Source of the DNA: a virus
UHGV virus genome: UHGV-1801607
DNA: 16,068 bases
Strand: one strand, 5' to 3'
Part shown: piece by piece, positions 1 through 9,294 of the stretch
How positions within the stretch are numbered: the first letter of the stretch is position 1
How the letters are laid out: each line of letters begins with the position of its first letter
Notes under the pieces: generated by a model
What the model saw: the letters and a program-made list of their open reading frames with translations, nothing else
The model's database searches: none
What the model was told of the DNA's origin: nothing
Program-made: the position numbers and the translations under genes

Positions 1-66
1 CTGGAAAGTCTCTACAAAACACAATTGTACCGCTCTCAAAGAGCGGAACGAGCATCTTTGGTACGT

Positions 67-96
67 TTCCAATGTTAACTTTTTTCATGGTATCCT
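67..96 (+). promoter_or_regulatory. Putative sigma70 promoter with extended -10 (TGgTATCCT) for the small membrane protein gene
   Basis: Seen in sequence: TG at about 88-89, one base, then TATCCT at about 91-96; weak -35-like TTCCAA about 17-18 bp upstream. Lies about 20 nt upstream of the AAGGAGG Shine-Dalgarno of the 119..346 ORF. Not verified experimentally or by a promoter model. Confidence 0.3.
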
Positions 97-118
97 GTGA
101 AAAACTAAGGAGGTTGGT

Positions 119-346
119 GTGAAGCGATGGTTCCTCATAATTACTGTTTTCGCGATCATTTACGCTATTTTCCCTGCATTAAAAGCACCAATGCAAATAA
201 TTTCACTGGCAATAATTGCAATTGGTGCTTTCATTACAGTATCCGTACTTGTGTTTAAGGTTTTAAAGTTTTTAGTTTGGCTATCAAAAGATGATGGATG
301 CAAAGTTCATCAAGAAAAAGAAGGCAAAATAACCAAAGTTGACTAA
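119..346 (+). CDS. Small hydrophobic protein (75 aa), predicted two-helix membrane protein; candidate moron, function unknown
   Basis: ORF with GTG start preceded by AAGGAGG (107-113) at 5 nt spacing. Translation has two long hydrophobic stretches (about residues 4-20 and 26-54) and a charged C-terminal tail. AT-rich compared with the flanking structural genes. Opposite strand to the whole late operon. Confidence 0.55.
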   Translation: MKRWFLIITVFAIIYAIFPALKAPMQIISLAIIAIGAFITVSVLVFKVLKFLVWLSKDDGCKVHQEKEGKITKVD

Positions 347-2466
347 CTGTCACTAGCGAGCCATGTAATAATCCCCGTGCGGGCAATGGTTTTTGCTTCA
401 TCTGTTGATAGGGTTTTCTCCCATCTCTTAAATGCCCCAGATTGCATCAGTTTCCTTTCTATTGCGCGTCTCACTTCTGCTCTGTCTACTGGTGCGTTTT
501 GCAGGCGAAATAGCATTGATTTAAACTCAGGAGAAGACAGTAGAGCATCAGCAGCCTTTATCCTGCTTGTTTTCCCTGACATCAATGCGGACGTTATCAC
601 CCCTGTTGCACCTACACCAGGAAGACCAGATAAGCTTGTAACACCTTCCGCCGCAGCAGCTTTTGAGGCTATTCCATAAATTTTTGCTAGACTACCCTTT
701 TCCTTCAGAAAGTTATTAACTTGCTGATCCACAAGGCTGCTAGCATACTGCTTACCAGTATTGAGTCTATTCATAGCCTTGGCAGCTTGATAAATCGTAT
801 CAAGGCGCTTTGATGCATCTGTGCCAATAGCATCACGGAGAGCCTTCATATTGGCCCCATTGCGTGACATTCCGTTATACCATTTTACAAATCCATCAAC
901 CCCTAATTGCTGACCTGGTGATTTAGCATAGCTGGTAAATGCTTTATTCATTGAGGTGAGCGCAACTTCCTGCCGCATATCCTTTGGAATTGACTTCATT
1001 AATTGCCTAAAGTCACCACCGTTTCCTTTTGCCATATTAACAACGGCACTTTCAACTTTTGGAATTGCTGATTGCTGAAGTTTTCTACCCAAAACGGTTA
1101 CGGCATCATCTTCCATGGATTTTCGTTTTTTTACCAACTCCTTACCAAGCGTCCATAACTCCCCTGCGCCATATTTTTCTGCGACAGCCTGTTGGTCATC
1201 TGTTATAGCTGCATATAACTTTTTAAGAACACCTGTTTCTTCATCCTTGAATGGGCCAGAGCCTTTGCCAATAGCTTGCCCAACCTGCTTTCTAGCGAGA
1301 TCTAAACGCCCATACGTTGGCAAGGTGTTTGGATCAAGTCGGTTCAATGTCCGCTTCATTATTGGAGATAATTCATCAATTCCACCTATGTCATCAGCAA
1401 AATCCTCTAAAAAATTCAATGTATTGGTTGCCTCAATACGGTCTCTTACTGGAACCTTTTCGGCAATTTTGTTGTAGATGTTATCTGACTGATTTTGTAA
1501 TGATGAAATGGTTTTATCAAAATTATCTGCAAGCCTGTCAGAAACCAGTTGCTTATCAAGGTTTCCCCCAAATGAAGTTATCATTTCATCAGCTTTTCTT
1601 CCTAATTCAGTAATAAAGCGCTTATGCGCCTCACTAATCTCTGTTCCAGGGAGACTTGCCACTGCATTATCAAGAGCCCTGACAGCAGGATTATTAGAGA
1701 TCATTCCTGGAGTGGCATAATTTTCCAGTTCTAGCTCACGGATGGCATTTATCGCGTTAAAATCAGGATTAACTTCATCGGCGAAACCTTGAATAGCTCG
1801 TTGCCCGCCAATAAATTTATTATCCATTGCGCCAGCAGCTTTCTTTAACGTTGCTTTAGATGATTTACTCCCCATCCCTACGGATGAGCGATAAATATCC
1901 CCGGCACTATTTTTAATTTTTCCTGCAATCTTCCCAAGCGCTGGACCAACAATCTCGGCTACAGGGCCAGCCACAGCGCCAATAGCAGCGCCGGAAGCAA
2001 CATCGCCATTTGTTCCATTGGCTACAATAGCCCCTTCTCCAGCACCAAGCCCTGCGGCGGCAGCCAGCCTTGCCGCCCCTTTCGGAACCTGAGAAATAAT
2101 CCCACCACCACTAACAAATGGCGCTGCTTGTCCAACAAACTCACCAACATCTTGTGCGGTTGATGGTTTTGCCGCTAACTTCTGCTGTAGAGACTGAATT
2201 GCGGCTTGCTCTTCTGGTGTCATATCCTGAAACAGGCCAACACCTTTACCAACATCCATCAATCCACTGAGAACGCCATACATAAAACGGTCGAAACCGT
2301 TAGCATTATTAACAACATTTTCCTGTCTGGAATTTTCCTCTGGTGAAACCAAAGGAGATTGCTGCTGTTCTGGTTGGGAATCAAGCACAAAGCCATCAGG
2401 AAGTTGTGAGTTATCAGGCTGTTCATCCAGAACAAACCCCTCTGGTAAACCTACATTGGTTGCCAT
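343..2466 (-). CDS. Ejection/internal virion protein, P22 gp16-like (707 aa)
   Basis: Last gene of the conserved P22 order 7-20-16; large Ala/Gly-rich protein with an N-terminal tandem peptide repeat ([12 protein letters not shown] / [12 protein letters not shown]). Start overlaps the stop of the upstream gp20-like gene by 16 nt. Assignment by synteny and composition; longer than the 609 aa I recall for P22 gp16. Confidence 0.75.
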   Translation of the reverse strand: MATNVGLPEGFVLDEQPDNSQLPDGFVLDSQPEQQQSPLVSPEENSRQENVVNNANGFDRFMYGVLSGLMDVGKGVGLFQDMTPEEQAAIQSLQQKLAAKPSTAQDVGEFVGQAAPFVSGGGIISQVPKGAARLAAAAGLGAGEGAIVANGTNGDVASGAAIGAVAGPVAEIVGPALGKIAGKIKNSAGDIYRSSVGMGSKSSKATLKKAAGAMDNKFIGGQRAIQGFADEVNPDFNAINAIRELELENYATPGMISNNPAVRALDNAVASLPGTEISEAHKRFITELGRKADEMITSFGGNLDKQLVSDRLADNFDKTISSLQNQSDNIYNKIAEKVPVRDRIEATNTLNFLEDFADDIGGIDELSPIMKRTLNRLDPNTLPTYGRLDLARKQVGQAIGKGSGPFKDEETGVLKKLYAAITDDQQAVAEKYGAGELWTLGKELVKKRKSMEDDAVTVLGRKLQQSAIPKVESAVVNMAKGNGGDFRQLMKSIPKDMRQEVALTSMNKAFTSYAKSPGQQLGVDGFVKWYNGMSRNGANMKALRDAIGTDASKRLDTIYQAAKAMNRLNTGKQYASSLVDQQVNNFLKEKGSLAKIYGIASKAAAAEGVTSLSGLPGVGATGVITSALMSGKTSRIKAADALLSSPEFKSMLFRLQNAPVDRAEVRRAIERKLMQSGAFKRWEKTLSTDEAKTIARTGIITWLASDS

Positions 2467-3800
2467 TGTCCGTTCCTGTAAATAATTTTCTGACCAGTTT
2501 TAGGATTTTTCGCGGTCATACCTTCTCGAAATGTTTGACCGCCAGATGTTGCTTGTTGTGTCTGTTGTTGCGCAGGCTGCTGAATATCTTCATACAGCTT
2601 GGCTTTTCTGGATTGCAATTGCTTAGTTAGTCCGCTGGGGAGAGAATCTCCATAAGTTGAAAGATAATCATCCATTTGCTGATTAAACTTTTCGCCTTCA
2701 GTATTTGCCATCAGTTTTGAGGTGTTGATTAAGTCTTGGACTTGCTCATTATTCAGCATCTTGCCGTTAGATAATTGGCTAACATAGTTACCAAGTGTGC
2801 CGAATATTCCATCAGTGCGTTTTACCTGCACTTGCTCACCTTCGCGTACCACAGATTGCGGATCCAGCGATTTCATATAGTTGAAAATCATTCCCAACTG
2901 CGCGGCTGGAGTGTTGCGCTTCCCAAGGGCTTGTAGGTTGTCAGAAGCACTGCGCATTGCAGAATAATTCTTTGAGAACCCATTAATATCACTATTCAGA
3001 TCTCGAACAAGTTTTGGGTCAATCTTTCCGCTTTCCTGTTGTTTCATCCCTAATTCCTGCAACTTCAGGGCTACGTTATCATTATGCATTTGTGCCCGCT
3101 GAGCCCTGTCTAGTTGAGCGTTTTGGATATTTGCCCATCCTCTCGCGTTCTCCATGTCAGCCTGACGGATGCTTTCATCCAATCGCCCTTTCTCAAGTTG
3201 GCGACCAACCATCTTATCCTGATAATCCAGCATTTTATCCGGGCCAACAGCCCCTAGCGTCATAGTAGTCAGCATGTGTGATAGCTGCTCTGGATTCTGA
3301 ATACCTGTCTGAATCATCCAGTCAGCATTAGCACCAACGCGATTTAACCTGTCCTTGTTGTCAGTAATGAATTTACTGTAGGCTTCCGGTCCCTGAGAAA
3401 GAGCGACGTTAGCCATCATGGCTAAATCGCCCATATCGTTGCGTTGCTGATCATTAAGACCGGAAAACGCCTGTTGTGCCTGTGCAACAAACGCTGGATT
3501 TTCCTGGGCAAACTTAAATAGTCCCGATGGATCACCAGAAGCCCATGCATCAGCGTGAACCTTATTGAACGCACTAATAGCTTTCTGTTGCTGTTCCTGA
3601 TTGTAAATATCAGCAACTCCAGCCAGACCACGTAACGCGGTCAGGCCAACGTTATTTGCACCTGAGCGAGCCAGTTCATTGTTTTCGCGGATCAGACCAA
3701 GCGTTGCGTTAATGTCGCTTGCCTTTGGCGCATTCTCGTTTTGCGCACCAATGCCAGCAAGAAAACCACCAGAATTAATACCCTGTTGCCACGTAGCCAT
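2451..3800 (-). CDS. Ejection protein, P22 gp20-like (449 aa)
   Basis: Position between gp7-like and gp16-like genes; ATG at 3798-3800 preceded by GGGG 7 nt upstream; Gln/Asn-rich protein typical of P22-like ejection proteins. Confidence 0.75.
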   Translation of the reverse strand: MATWQQGINSGGFLAGIGAQNENAPKASDINATLGLIRENNELARSGANNVGLTALRGLAGVADIYNQEQQQKAISAFNKVHADAWASGDPSGLFKFAQENPAFVAQAQQAFSGLNDQQRNDMGDLAMMANVALSQGPEAYSKFITDNKDRLNRVGANADWMIQTGIQNPEQLSHMLTTMTLGAVGPDKMLDYQDKMVGRQLEKGRLDESIRQADMENARGWANIQNAQLDRAQRAQMHNDNVALKLQELGMKQQESGKIDPKLVRDLNSDINGFSKNYSAMRSASDNLQALGKRNTPAAQLGMIFNYMKSLDPQSVVREGEQVQVKRTDGIFGTLGNYVSQLSNGKMLNNEQVQDLINTSKLMANTEGEKFNQQMDDYLSTYGDSLPSGLTKQLQSRKAKLYEDIQQPAQQQTQQATSGGQTFREGMTAKNPKTGQKIIYRNGQWQPM

Positions 3801-3810
3801 TGATTACCCC

Positions 3811-4503
3811 TTAAAACAACGAGCCAAGCAGACCAAGACCAGCACCGATACCAGCACCCCACGGAGTTGATAGCTCGAGAGCACTGGCTATGCCACCACC
3901 CAAAAGCGCACCGGATGCAGCACCACTAACACCCTGCTGCAATGCTGACGGTCGGTTGGCGTTTGCAGCCGCCAGCGCCGCGCTTTGCTGTGAAATCTGA
4001 CTCATGTTGTTGGCATATGTCTGCCCGGCGTTTGCCTGACCTTGCAGAGCACCAAGCCCAACGTTTGCCAGATTCTGGTAGTTGTTCATCTGACCAGACA
4101 GCCACTGCTGACCAAGCGTTGGTGCGATTGTTGCTAACTGATTACCGGTTGCAGTGGAACCCAATCCACCTGTTGCTTCCGCTGACGCCAGACTCTGATA
4201 GCGAGCCTGACCAGCAAGATCTTTGTACTGCTGAGAGTTGTAATACTGGTTAAGTGCCTGACCTTGCCCTTCCAGAGACGATAAGTTCTCGAGGCTGCCG
4301 ACATACTTATCAGCCAGAGGAGTAAACGGCTTCAGGTTGTTCATGATGGTGTTGAACTGCTGATTTTGCAGGTCTGCTGCATACTTCTGAGCTTCTGCTG
4401 CATACTTTGCGCTTTTATCAGAACTGCCACCTTTCCCGCCTTTTTCAGGGCAATAAGGTTCCTCGCCGCGCAGTTTTCTGCCCAGCTTAAATGCATATAA
4501 CAT
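3811..4503 (-). CDS. Ejection protein, P22 gp7-like (230 aa)
   Basis: Length matches P22 gp7 (229 aa as recalled); Gly/Ala/Gln-rich C-terminal half; GGGAGA Shine-Dalgarno about 10 nt upstream of the ATG; conserved position after the gene-14 homolog. Confidence 0.8.
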   Translation of the reverse strand: MLYAFKLGRKLRGEEPYCPEKGGKGGSSDKSAKYAAEAQKYAADLQNQQFNTIMNNLKPFTPLADKYVGSLENLSSLEGQGQALNQYYNSQQYKDLAGQARYQSLASAEATGGLGSTATGNQLATIAPTLGQQWLSGQMNNYQNLANVGLGALQGQANAGQTYANNMSQISQQSAALAAANANRPSALQQGVSGAASGALLGGGIASALELSTPWGAGIGAGLGLLGSLF

Positions 4504-4505
4504 GG

Positions 4506-4961
4506 CTATCTCCCGTGATTCAGGAAGTCGATTAGTTCTTCGCGTGTGGCGCTGTAAAAAGTCACGTCATCCACGCCTTTAAAGTATTTCTTGATGGTTC
4601 CTACACGCTTAAGGCCAATCATTGCACAGTACATCTGACCGTGGCGGAATTTGCGTGCAGCGAACGATGTGACGCACTGAACGGTGGTGTTAGTCAGAAT
4701 GTATCGCCAGAACGCCAGCCCGATTTCCTTGCTGAAGCCGCGAATCTCTGGCAGGTACATGGCGTGGCAATCGAATGTCAGCGGCTGAATCTCCTGATAG
4801 TAAACAATGCCGCCGAACTGCCCGTGCACGTTCACCTCAAAGTAACGGCAATCATGTTTATAGTCGTATCCATCACCGTTGTTGCTCCCGGCAATAATGT
4901 CAGGGTGATTTCCGACTGCTTCTATCAGGTCGATGTTTCGCGTTGGTTTGAACTGAATCAT
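4506..4961 (-). CDS. P22 gene 14-position protein (about 151 aa), virion assembly/ejection accessory; function unassigned
   Basis: ORF located between the tail needle and gp7 homologs, where P22 has gene 14. The ATG at 4959-4961 overlaps the needle TGA stop by 1 nt (TGATG); the ORF track begins one codon earlier at a GTG. Sequence not recognised beyond position. Confidence 0.55.
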   Translation of the reverse strand: MIQFKPTRNIDLIEAVGNHPDIIAGSNNGDGYDYKHDCRYFEVNVHGQFGGIVYYQEIQPLTFDCHAMYLPEIRGFSKEIGLAFWRYILTNTTVQCVTSFAARKFRHGQMYCAMIGLKRVGTIKKYFKGVDDVTFYSATREELIDFLNHGR

Positions 4962-5809
4962 CACTGCTCCGCGATTATCTTGATGGTTGTGGCAGTAAAC
5001 GCCGCACCATTTGACTGAATGGTTAACGTGCTGCCATTTGTGGCAAGAAAGCCGTCTTTATCCACGCTGAAGAACGTAGCTAACAAGATGTTATCGGTTG
5101 TTGTCGCCGAGTTGCGACTGCTTACCAGTGTGTCAGGAACAGAGCCGGAAAAGGTTAGCTGCATTGACCTGTTGGCGGTTCCGCTGGGCCACGTCCCGAC
5201 GATCGACAGCTTGAAGAACAAGGTTTTGTTCTCGTTGAACACAACCATCTTGTTGTTAACGGTGTCGAAGAATGGTGCCAACGTGCCGGATGACGGCGTG
5301 AGCGTTTTCAGCAGGCTAACAAGGTTGGTCGGCGCTGTCGGGATGGTTACAGATACGCCAGAGTAAACAACCTCTGACTTCTTGCGAGTAGTGGCATACT
5401 CCAGAGCATCGATGCGCGTTTCATGGTCTGAAACCTGCGATTCGAGCGACTGAACTCTGGTATCAAGCGACGCAATATCGCTTTCATTCTGAGCTATTCG
5501 TGTTTCATGTTCCTGAAGAGTTGATTCTGCCTGGCTGATTCGCTCCTCATGATTAACAAGCGTTGCTTCCGCAGCAGAAATTCGCTGCTCATGGTCAGCG
5601 AGAATCACATCCTGCTCATCGTTCCTGACTTGTGCATCATAAGCGCCCTGTCCGGCCTCGTTGGCCTTGTTCGCCACGTTACCAACATCAGTGCCCTGCG
5701 CGATAACGTAAAGCAGATACGACTGCGAGAAGATATTGCGTGGAAGGATTGATGTATCGAGCCGCGTCGCCTGCACAATAACAGGGGTGTTGAGATTCGA
5801 ATCAGCCAT
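4961..5809 (-). CDS. Tail needle (P22 gp26-like N-terminus and coiled coil) with an extended C-terminal domain (282 aa)
   Basis: The first ~60 residues closely match my recollection of P22 gp26 (MADxxLNxPV..[28 protein letters not shown]...[19 protein letters not shown]). Four heptad-like repeats of the form xHExRIxxxExxL follow, then a ~150-residue C-terminal domain that P22 gp26 (233 aa) lacks. ATG overlaps the gp10 TAA stop (TAATG). Confidence 0.8.
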   Translation of the reverse strand: MADSNLNTPVIVQATRLDTSILPRNIFSQSYLLYVIAQGTDVGNVANKANEAGQGAYDAQVRNDEQDVILADHEQRISAAEATLVNHEERISQAESTLQEHETRIAQNESDIASLDTRVQSLESQVSDHETRIDALEYATTRKKSEVVYSGVSVTIPTAPTNLVSLLKTLTPSSGTLAPFFDTVNNKMVVFNENKTLFFKLSIVGTWPSGTANRSMQLTFSGSVPDTLVSSRNSATTTDNILLATFFSVDKDGFLATNGSTLTIQSNGAAFTATTIKIIAEQ

Positions 5810-7227
5810 TACTCAATCCTTATCTGGCAGCCTGACAGAGTGACAGGTGACTTCGTGATAACGCGCAATTTGAAGCCGACATTTTTCCTGATGCGCCCGA
5901 CTCGCTTCCACAAAACACGTTTGTCATAAACGAACGGTTCATTCTGCTCAATCATCTGCTCACGCCCGTAATTGATGCCGTCAGTGGTTGCAGAGAGAAA
6001 AAGGCGGTCGGCGTACTGAGCAACGCCAGTTGAAGATTCAACTTCAAGGTCGAAAACTCTGGCGTTATCCGCTTTGAAGAGTGGAGTAAACAGCAGGTGT
6101 TCTTGCTGTAGCCCATACTGGCTGCTGATATCGAACTGCAATTTCCCAATCACCGATTCCAGCTTATCGCCGCACGTTATCTGATTGCCTTCGTAAATGA
6201 AGTCGATAGCGCGGTACACATCGTCATACAAGCCAGTTTTCAACACACACCATTGCGGACCATTGGCGCTTGAAGATGCGTCGTACACCAGAACATGGCG
6301 CGGAAGATGGATAATCAGCAGTTCATGCGCATCAAATCGCAGCGATTCCATCACACCATCAGCCAGTTCATCAGCAGTGTAGGAGCGTAGTATTTTCTCA
6401 ATGCTCGCGCTGGCGATTGGTGACACCTGACCGGATCCGATGATGTATACAGACGGCGCACCTGTTGCCGGATTGCTGATGAACGCATACGAATCAGCAA
6501 ACGGCGTTTTGCAGTAAGTCCCAGCAATGCCTTTCTGCACCATCAGCGATGGCTGTGCGACATACAAAGCAGCACCAACTGTGGTTGCACCAGTCAGGGA
6601 GAAATATTCAATCGTCGATGAACCAAAGCAGACGATGAAGTCTCGCCATGTACCTATGCCGATGATGCCGTCCGGCTGTGATTCTGCGCGATATGCTGCA
6701 CTGTATCGGTCAGGGTGCGATTCGTCTTCAAGGTCAGTGATAAACCATGAATCAGTTCCGTCTTTTGACCACGCATAACGCCCACGTAAGCGCGTAATGT
6801 CGCGAACTGAACCTAACTCGTACTGTGTGAATCCGCTGTCCGTAGGCCAGTTCGAGACGGTTTTAACCGTGCCATCATAGCGGTATTCGACCAGTTGACC
6901 ATTAACGCCTACCGCCTGTGATGTCCGCCCATGCGCCATTGATACGCGACCACTTCCGGCAACGTCACCGACTTCACTTTCGCCTTTGTAGAGCTTGCCA
7001 CCACACACGCGATAAACAGCATTCTGCGCCATGTTGTACTCGACACCGCGCGATACACCATTCACATCAGAGCGTTTGGCAATGCCCGGGAATGAGCGAA
7101 GATATCCGCTGCTGTTGAGGATTTCTTTGGGTGTAGCCAGCATATTCACTGGCAGATAGTCGATATAGTCAGCGTTTCGAAAGTCTTTGCCGACACCTTT
7201 CATAAGCGGAAGTTGCTGAATCGGCAT
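5809..7227 (-). CDS. Tail accessory factor, P22 gp10-like (472 aa)
   Basis: Length identical to P22 gp10 as recalled; conserved position between gp4 and needle; ATG immediately follows the gp4 TAA stop (TAAATG). Confidence 0.85.
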   Translation of the reverse strand: MPIQQLPLMKGVGKDFRNADYIDYLPVNMLATPKEILNSSGYLRSFPGIAKRSDVNGVSRGVEYNMAQNAVYRVCGGKLYKGESEVGDVAGSGRVSMAHGRTSQAVGVNGQLVEYRYDGTVKTVSNWPTDSGFTQYELGSVRDITRLRGRYAWSKDGTDSWFITDLEDESHPDRYSAAYRAESQPDGIIGIGTWRDFIVCFGSSTIEYFSLTGATTVGAALYVAQPSLMVQKGIAGTYCKTPFADSYAFISNPATGAPSVYIIGSGQVSPIASASIEKILRSYTADELADGVMESLRFDAHELLIIHLPRHVLVYDASSSANGPQWCVLKTGLYDDVYRAIDFIYEGNQITCGDKLESVIGKLQFDISSQYGLQQEHLLFTPLFKADNARVFDLEVESSTGVAQYADRLFLSATTDGINYGREQMIEQNEPFVYDKRVLWKRVGRIRKNVGFKLRVITKSPVTLSGCQIRIE

Positions 7228-7728
7228 TTATTCGCTCCCGTTATCACAAGGTTCCTTTCGGTGGAAGTAATTCCAACCGTTCCACTTCGCCAACTGATTA
7301 CCGCTACCAACAGGCATACGGTTTGGATAACCGGACTTACATTTAGCGGCTTTTGCTCTGTCCATTGCAGACAGTTTGACGAGTCGCTCTTTCCCGTATC
7401 TGGCAGTGGTTATAAGTTTTGCTGACGCTTCCAGCGCATAATCCGGAGCAATGCGGCAGGCAAGGTTGAAAATGACGGCATTGATAGCGTTATTTGATAA
7501 ACCGTGCTCATCGCCCGGATCCGGAGCGACATCTGCATCAGCAAAAATGTAGCCAACGTTGATACCAGGTGACGCATCACCGCCAAGCCATTCAGCCATC
7601 ATCATTTCAAGGTCGTTGACGCCGTCTTCCATGGACTGAGGTTCGACATCGGTTAACGTGGCATTTGATGCCACACCGAGCTTACGTAATGCCGCAAGAA
7701 CTAAATCACCCTTCGTTGTCAGGTTCAT
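7228..7728 (-). CDS. Tail accessory factor, P22 gp4-like (166 aa)
   Basis: Internal ATG at 7726-7728 ([21 protein letters not shown]...) preceded by AAGGCGG about 6 nt upstream gives 166 aa, the P22 gp4 length. The longer track ORF starting at 7815 (MLQSQSQSQ...) is an out-of-frame read through the hexanucleotide repeat and is rejected as the true start. Confidence 0.85.
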   Translation of the reverse strand: MNLTTKGDLVLAALRKLGVASNATLTDVEPQSMEDGVNDLEMMMAEWLGGDASPGINVGYIFADADVAPDPGDEHGLSNNAINAVIFNLACRIAPDYALEASAKLITTARYGKERLVKLSAMDRAKAAKCKSGYPNRMPVGSGNQLAKWNGWNYFHRKEPCDNGSE

Positions 7729-7954
7729 CTGCTGCCGCCTTAGGTTTTCGACCAGGCTTTTTACGCTGTTTTTCTTCTGGCTCTGGCTCTGGCTCTGGCT
7801 CTGGCTCTGCAACATCCTTCAAAAGGTCATCAGGATGTGAAAACCAGCCAGCATCCAGATATTCCTGAAGCTCTTCGGCTTTCACGATTTCAAAGTCGTA
7901 TCCAACGCCTTTCCATTTCTTCATGTCTCCATGACTAAAGATCATGTGTGTCAT
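7706..7954 (-). CDS. Small acidic protein with (EP)n repeat and basic C-terminal tail (about 82 aa), function unknown
   Basis: ATG at 7952-7954 preceded by GGAGA at 6 nt spacing, immediately downstream of the coat terminator. Translation [82 protein letters not shown]. Overlaps the gp4 start by about 23 nt. The track ORF begins earlier, overlapping the coat gene, which is unlikely. Confidence 0.5.
   Translation of the reverse strand: MTHMIFSHGDMKKWKGVGYDFEIVKAEELQEYLDAGWFSHPDDLLKDVAEPEPEPEPEPEEKQRKKPGRKPKAAADEPDNEG
7778..7807. repeat. Perfect hexanucleotide tandem repeat (TGGCTC)5 on plus strand, (GAGCCA)5 on minus strand
   Basis: Read directly from the sequence at 7778-7807 with partial flanking units; encodes [10 protein letters not shown] in the small minus-strand ORF. 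Confidence 0.9.
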
Positions 7955-7967
7955 GCTTGTCTCCAGA

Positions 7968-7990
7968 TAAAAAAGGGAGCCGAAGCTCCC
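7968..7990 (-). terminator. Intrinsic (rho-independent) terminator immediately downstream of the coat gene
   Basis: Minus-strand transcript reads GGGAGC-UUCG-GCUCCC followed by UUUUUUAU: a 6-bp GC-rich stem with a UUCG tetraloop and a U-tract, starting 8 nt after the coat TGA stop. Confidence 0.6.
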
Positions 7991-7998
7991 TCTGGTTA

Positions 7999-9294
7999 TC
8001 ACGCAGTCTGGTTAGGCAGACCAACACCAATTGCCTCTGGTCGTACAGCACATGCTGAATACCACACAGCAATACGGCACTTACCAGACAGAGTGTTGAT
8101 ATCGCCCTGCGTTGCGAAGATGCCGTTAACACCAATACCAGGAATGCTGAAGGAAGAAGTTTTCATGCCAGCAAACAGTTCATGGGTTACCGGGATCGGC
8201 TGAGACAGTAGGCGGATTGAGTCATCAGCCCAGAACACGTTAGCGGTGGTTGTTGCCACGTTCAGAACGTTTACCGGAGTGGTATCAGCAAGAGAAGTGT
8301 TTACGTTAGCGTAAGCCTTCTCTTCTTTTGTCAGTGACGCGTCATCCAGTGCAATCGGCTTCGGCGTGATTTCGATGTGAGTACCATCGATCACACGGGT
8401 GATTGAGAAAGTCGCATCATCAGTTAGCACGTTCTTCGCCATCTGAGACAGGAATTTCACACCAGTGAAGCTGATTTTGTCGCCGCGCTTAAATCCGGTG
8501 GTGGAGGATACGGTCACCGTTGCAACACGGTTGTCGACGTTCTCTTTGTTACCATCGGTATCAAGGGTGTATGCCTGCGGCTTAAACTTCTGCGCACCAG
8601 ACACAGTTACACCAGTAGCGGTTGACTTGGTAACTGCCGGAAGTTTCGGTGAGCGAAGAATTTCATCAAAGCCAGCAATCTGACGCTGAATAGTACCGTT
8701 GCGATACGCTTCTTCAGGAACGCGCCCAAAGATGTCACCATCTACCAGGTTGCGGCCTGCTTTGCGGTAATCGTCAGGGTTCAGGAAGTAACTGATGCCC
8801 ATATCGCGGTTTAGCTCACGGGAGAACATCAGGCGCTCTGCATCAGACACAAAATCCCAGCCAGACAGGCCAGTAGATGGACCAATTGCGCGGGTATCGT
8901 GAACAACAAGCGAGCCCATTTCAGTTGCCTGTTTGGCAATCGCTGACTCAATGTTATTCGCCAGTTTTTTGGCGGATGCCTGGATGCGGCGACGGTAAGA
9001 ACGCTCATCACGCAGGTCATCTGCACGAAGCTCGAAGAAATCGTTATCCGGATCGCCCATGTTGCATTTCACGGAGAGTTCCAGAATCCCTGTTGCGTTG
9101 CCAGTTAAATCCCAGCCAGTCTGGGTTGGCGCTTCCTGCTCAACAGGCATCCACACGGTGTTGCTTGAACGCTGCATGGATTCTGCCGGAGGGGTGTATT
9201 TTGTCACTTTGGACGCCATTGGCGTCAGGTTCTGGACGGTTTCAATGATTTCATCCAGAGCATATGTGACCAGTTGACCTTCATTTAATGCCAT
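7999..9294 (-). CDS. Major coat (capsid) protein, P22 gp5-like (431 aa)
   Basis: Strong similarity along the whole length to P22 coat protein as recalled (MALNEGQ.VT.A.DEIIET...[34 protein letters not shown] ... [13 protein letters not shown]); length 431 vs 430 aa; ATG overlaps the scaffold TAA (TAATG). Confidence 0.95.
   Translation of the reverse strand: MALNEGQLVTYALDEIIETVQNLTPMASKVTKYTPPAESMQRSSNTVWMPVEQEAPTQTGWDLTGNATGILELSVKCNMGDPDNDFFELRADDLRDERSYRRRIQASAKKLANNIESAIAKQATEMGSLVVHDTRAIGPSTGLSGWDFVSDAERLMFSRELNRDMGISYFLNPDDYRKAGRNLVDGDIFGRVPEEAYRNGTIQRQIAGFDEILRSPKLPAVTKSTATGVTVSGAQKFKPQAYTLDTDGNKENVDNRVATVTVSSTTGFKRGDKISFTGVKFLSQMAKNVLTDDATFSITRVIDGTHIEITPKPIALDDASLTKEEKAYANVNTSLADTTPVNVLNVATTTANVFWADDSIRLLSQPIPVTHELFAGMKTSSFSIPGIGVNGIFATQGDINTLSGKCRIAVWYSACAVRPEAIGVGLPNQTA

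Noticed and set aside
377-2630. Several plus-strand ORFs (377..679, 1115..1477, 1317..1613, 1508..1720, 2343..2630) inside the gp16-like gene
   Set aside because: All lie antisense within a long, well-supported minus-strand gene and show low-complexity translations; treated as shadow ORFs.
5019-5366. 115-aa plus-strand ORF inside the tail needle gene
   Set aside because: Entirely antisense to the needle coding sequence; no independent support.
7228-7815. 195-aa minus-strand ORF beginning [13 protein letters not shown] as the full gp4 gene
   Set aside because: The first 29 codons are an alternative-frame read of the (TGGCTC)5 repeat and overlap the upstream small ORF; the internal ATG at 7728 with a good Shine-Dalgarno gives the expected 166-aa gp4-like protein.
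7658-7868. Plus-strand ORFs across the hexanucleotide repeat (7658..7840 and 7665..7868) translating to WLWLWLWLW and [10 protein letters not shown]
   Set aside because: Artefacts of reading the tandem repeat in other frames and on the other strand; the repeat is accounted for by the minus-strand (EP)n ORF.
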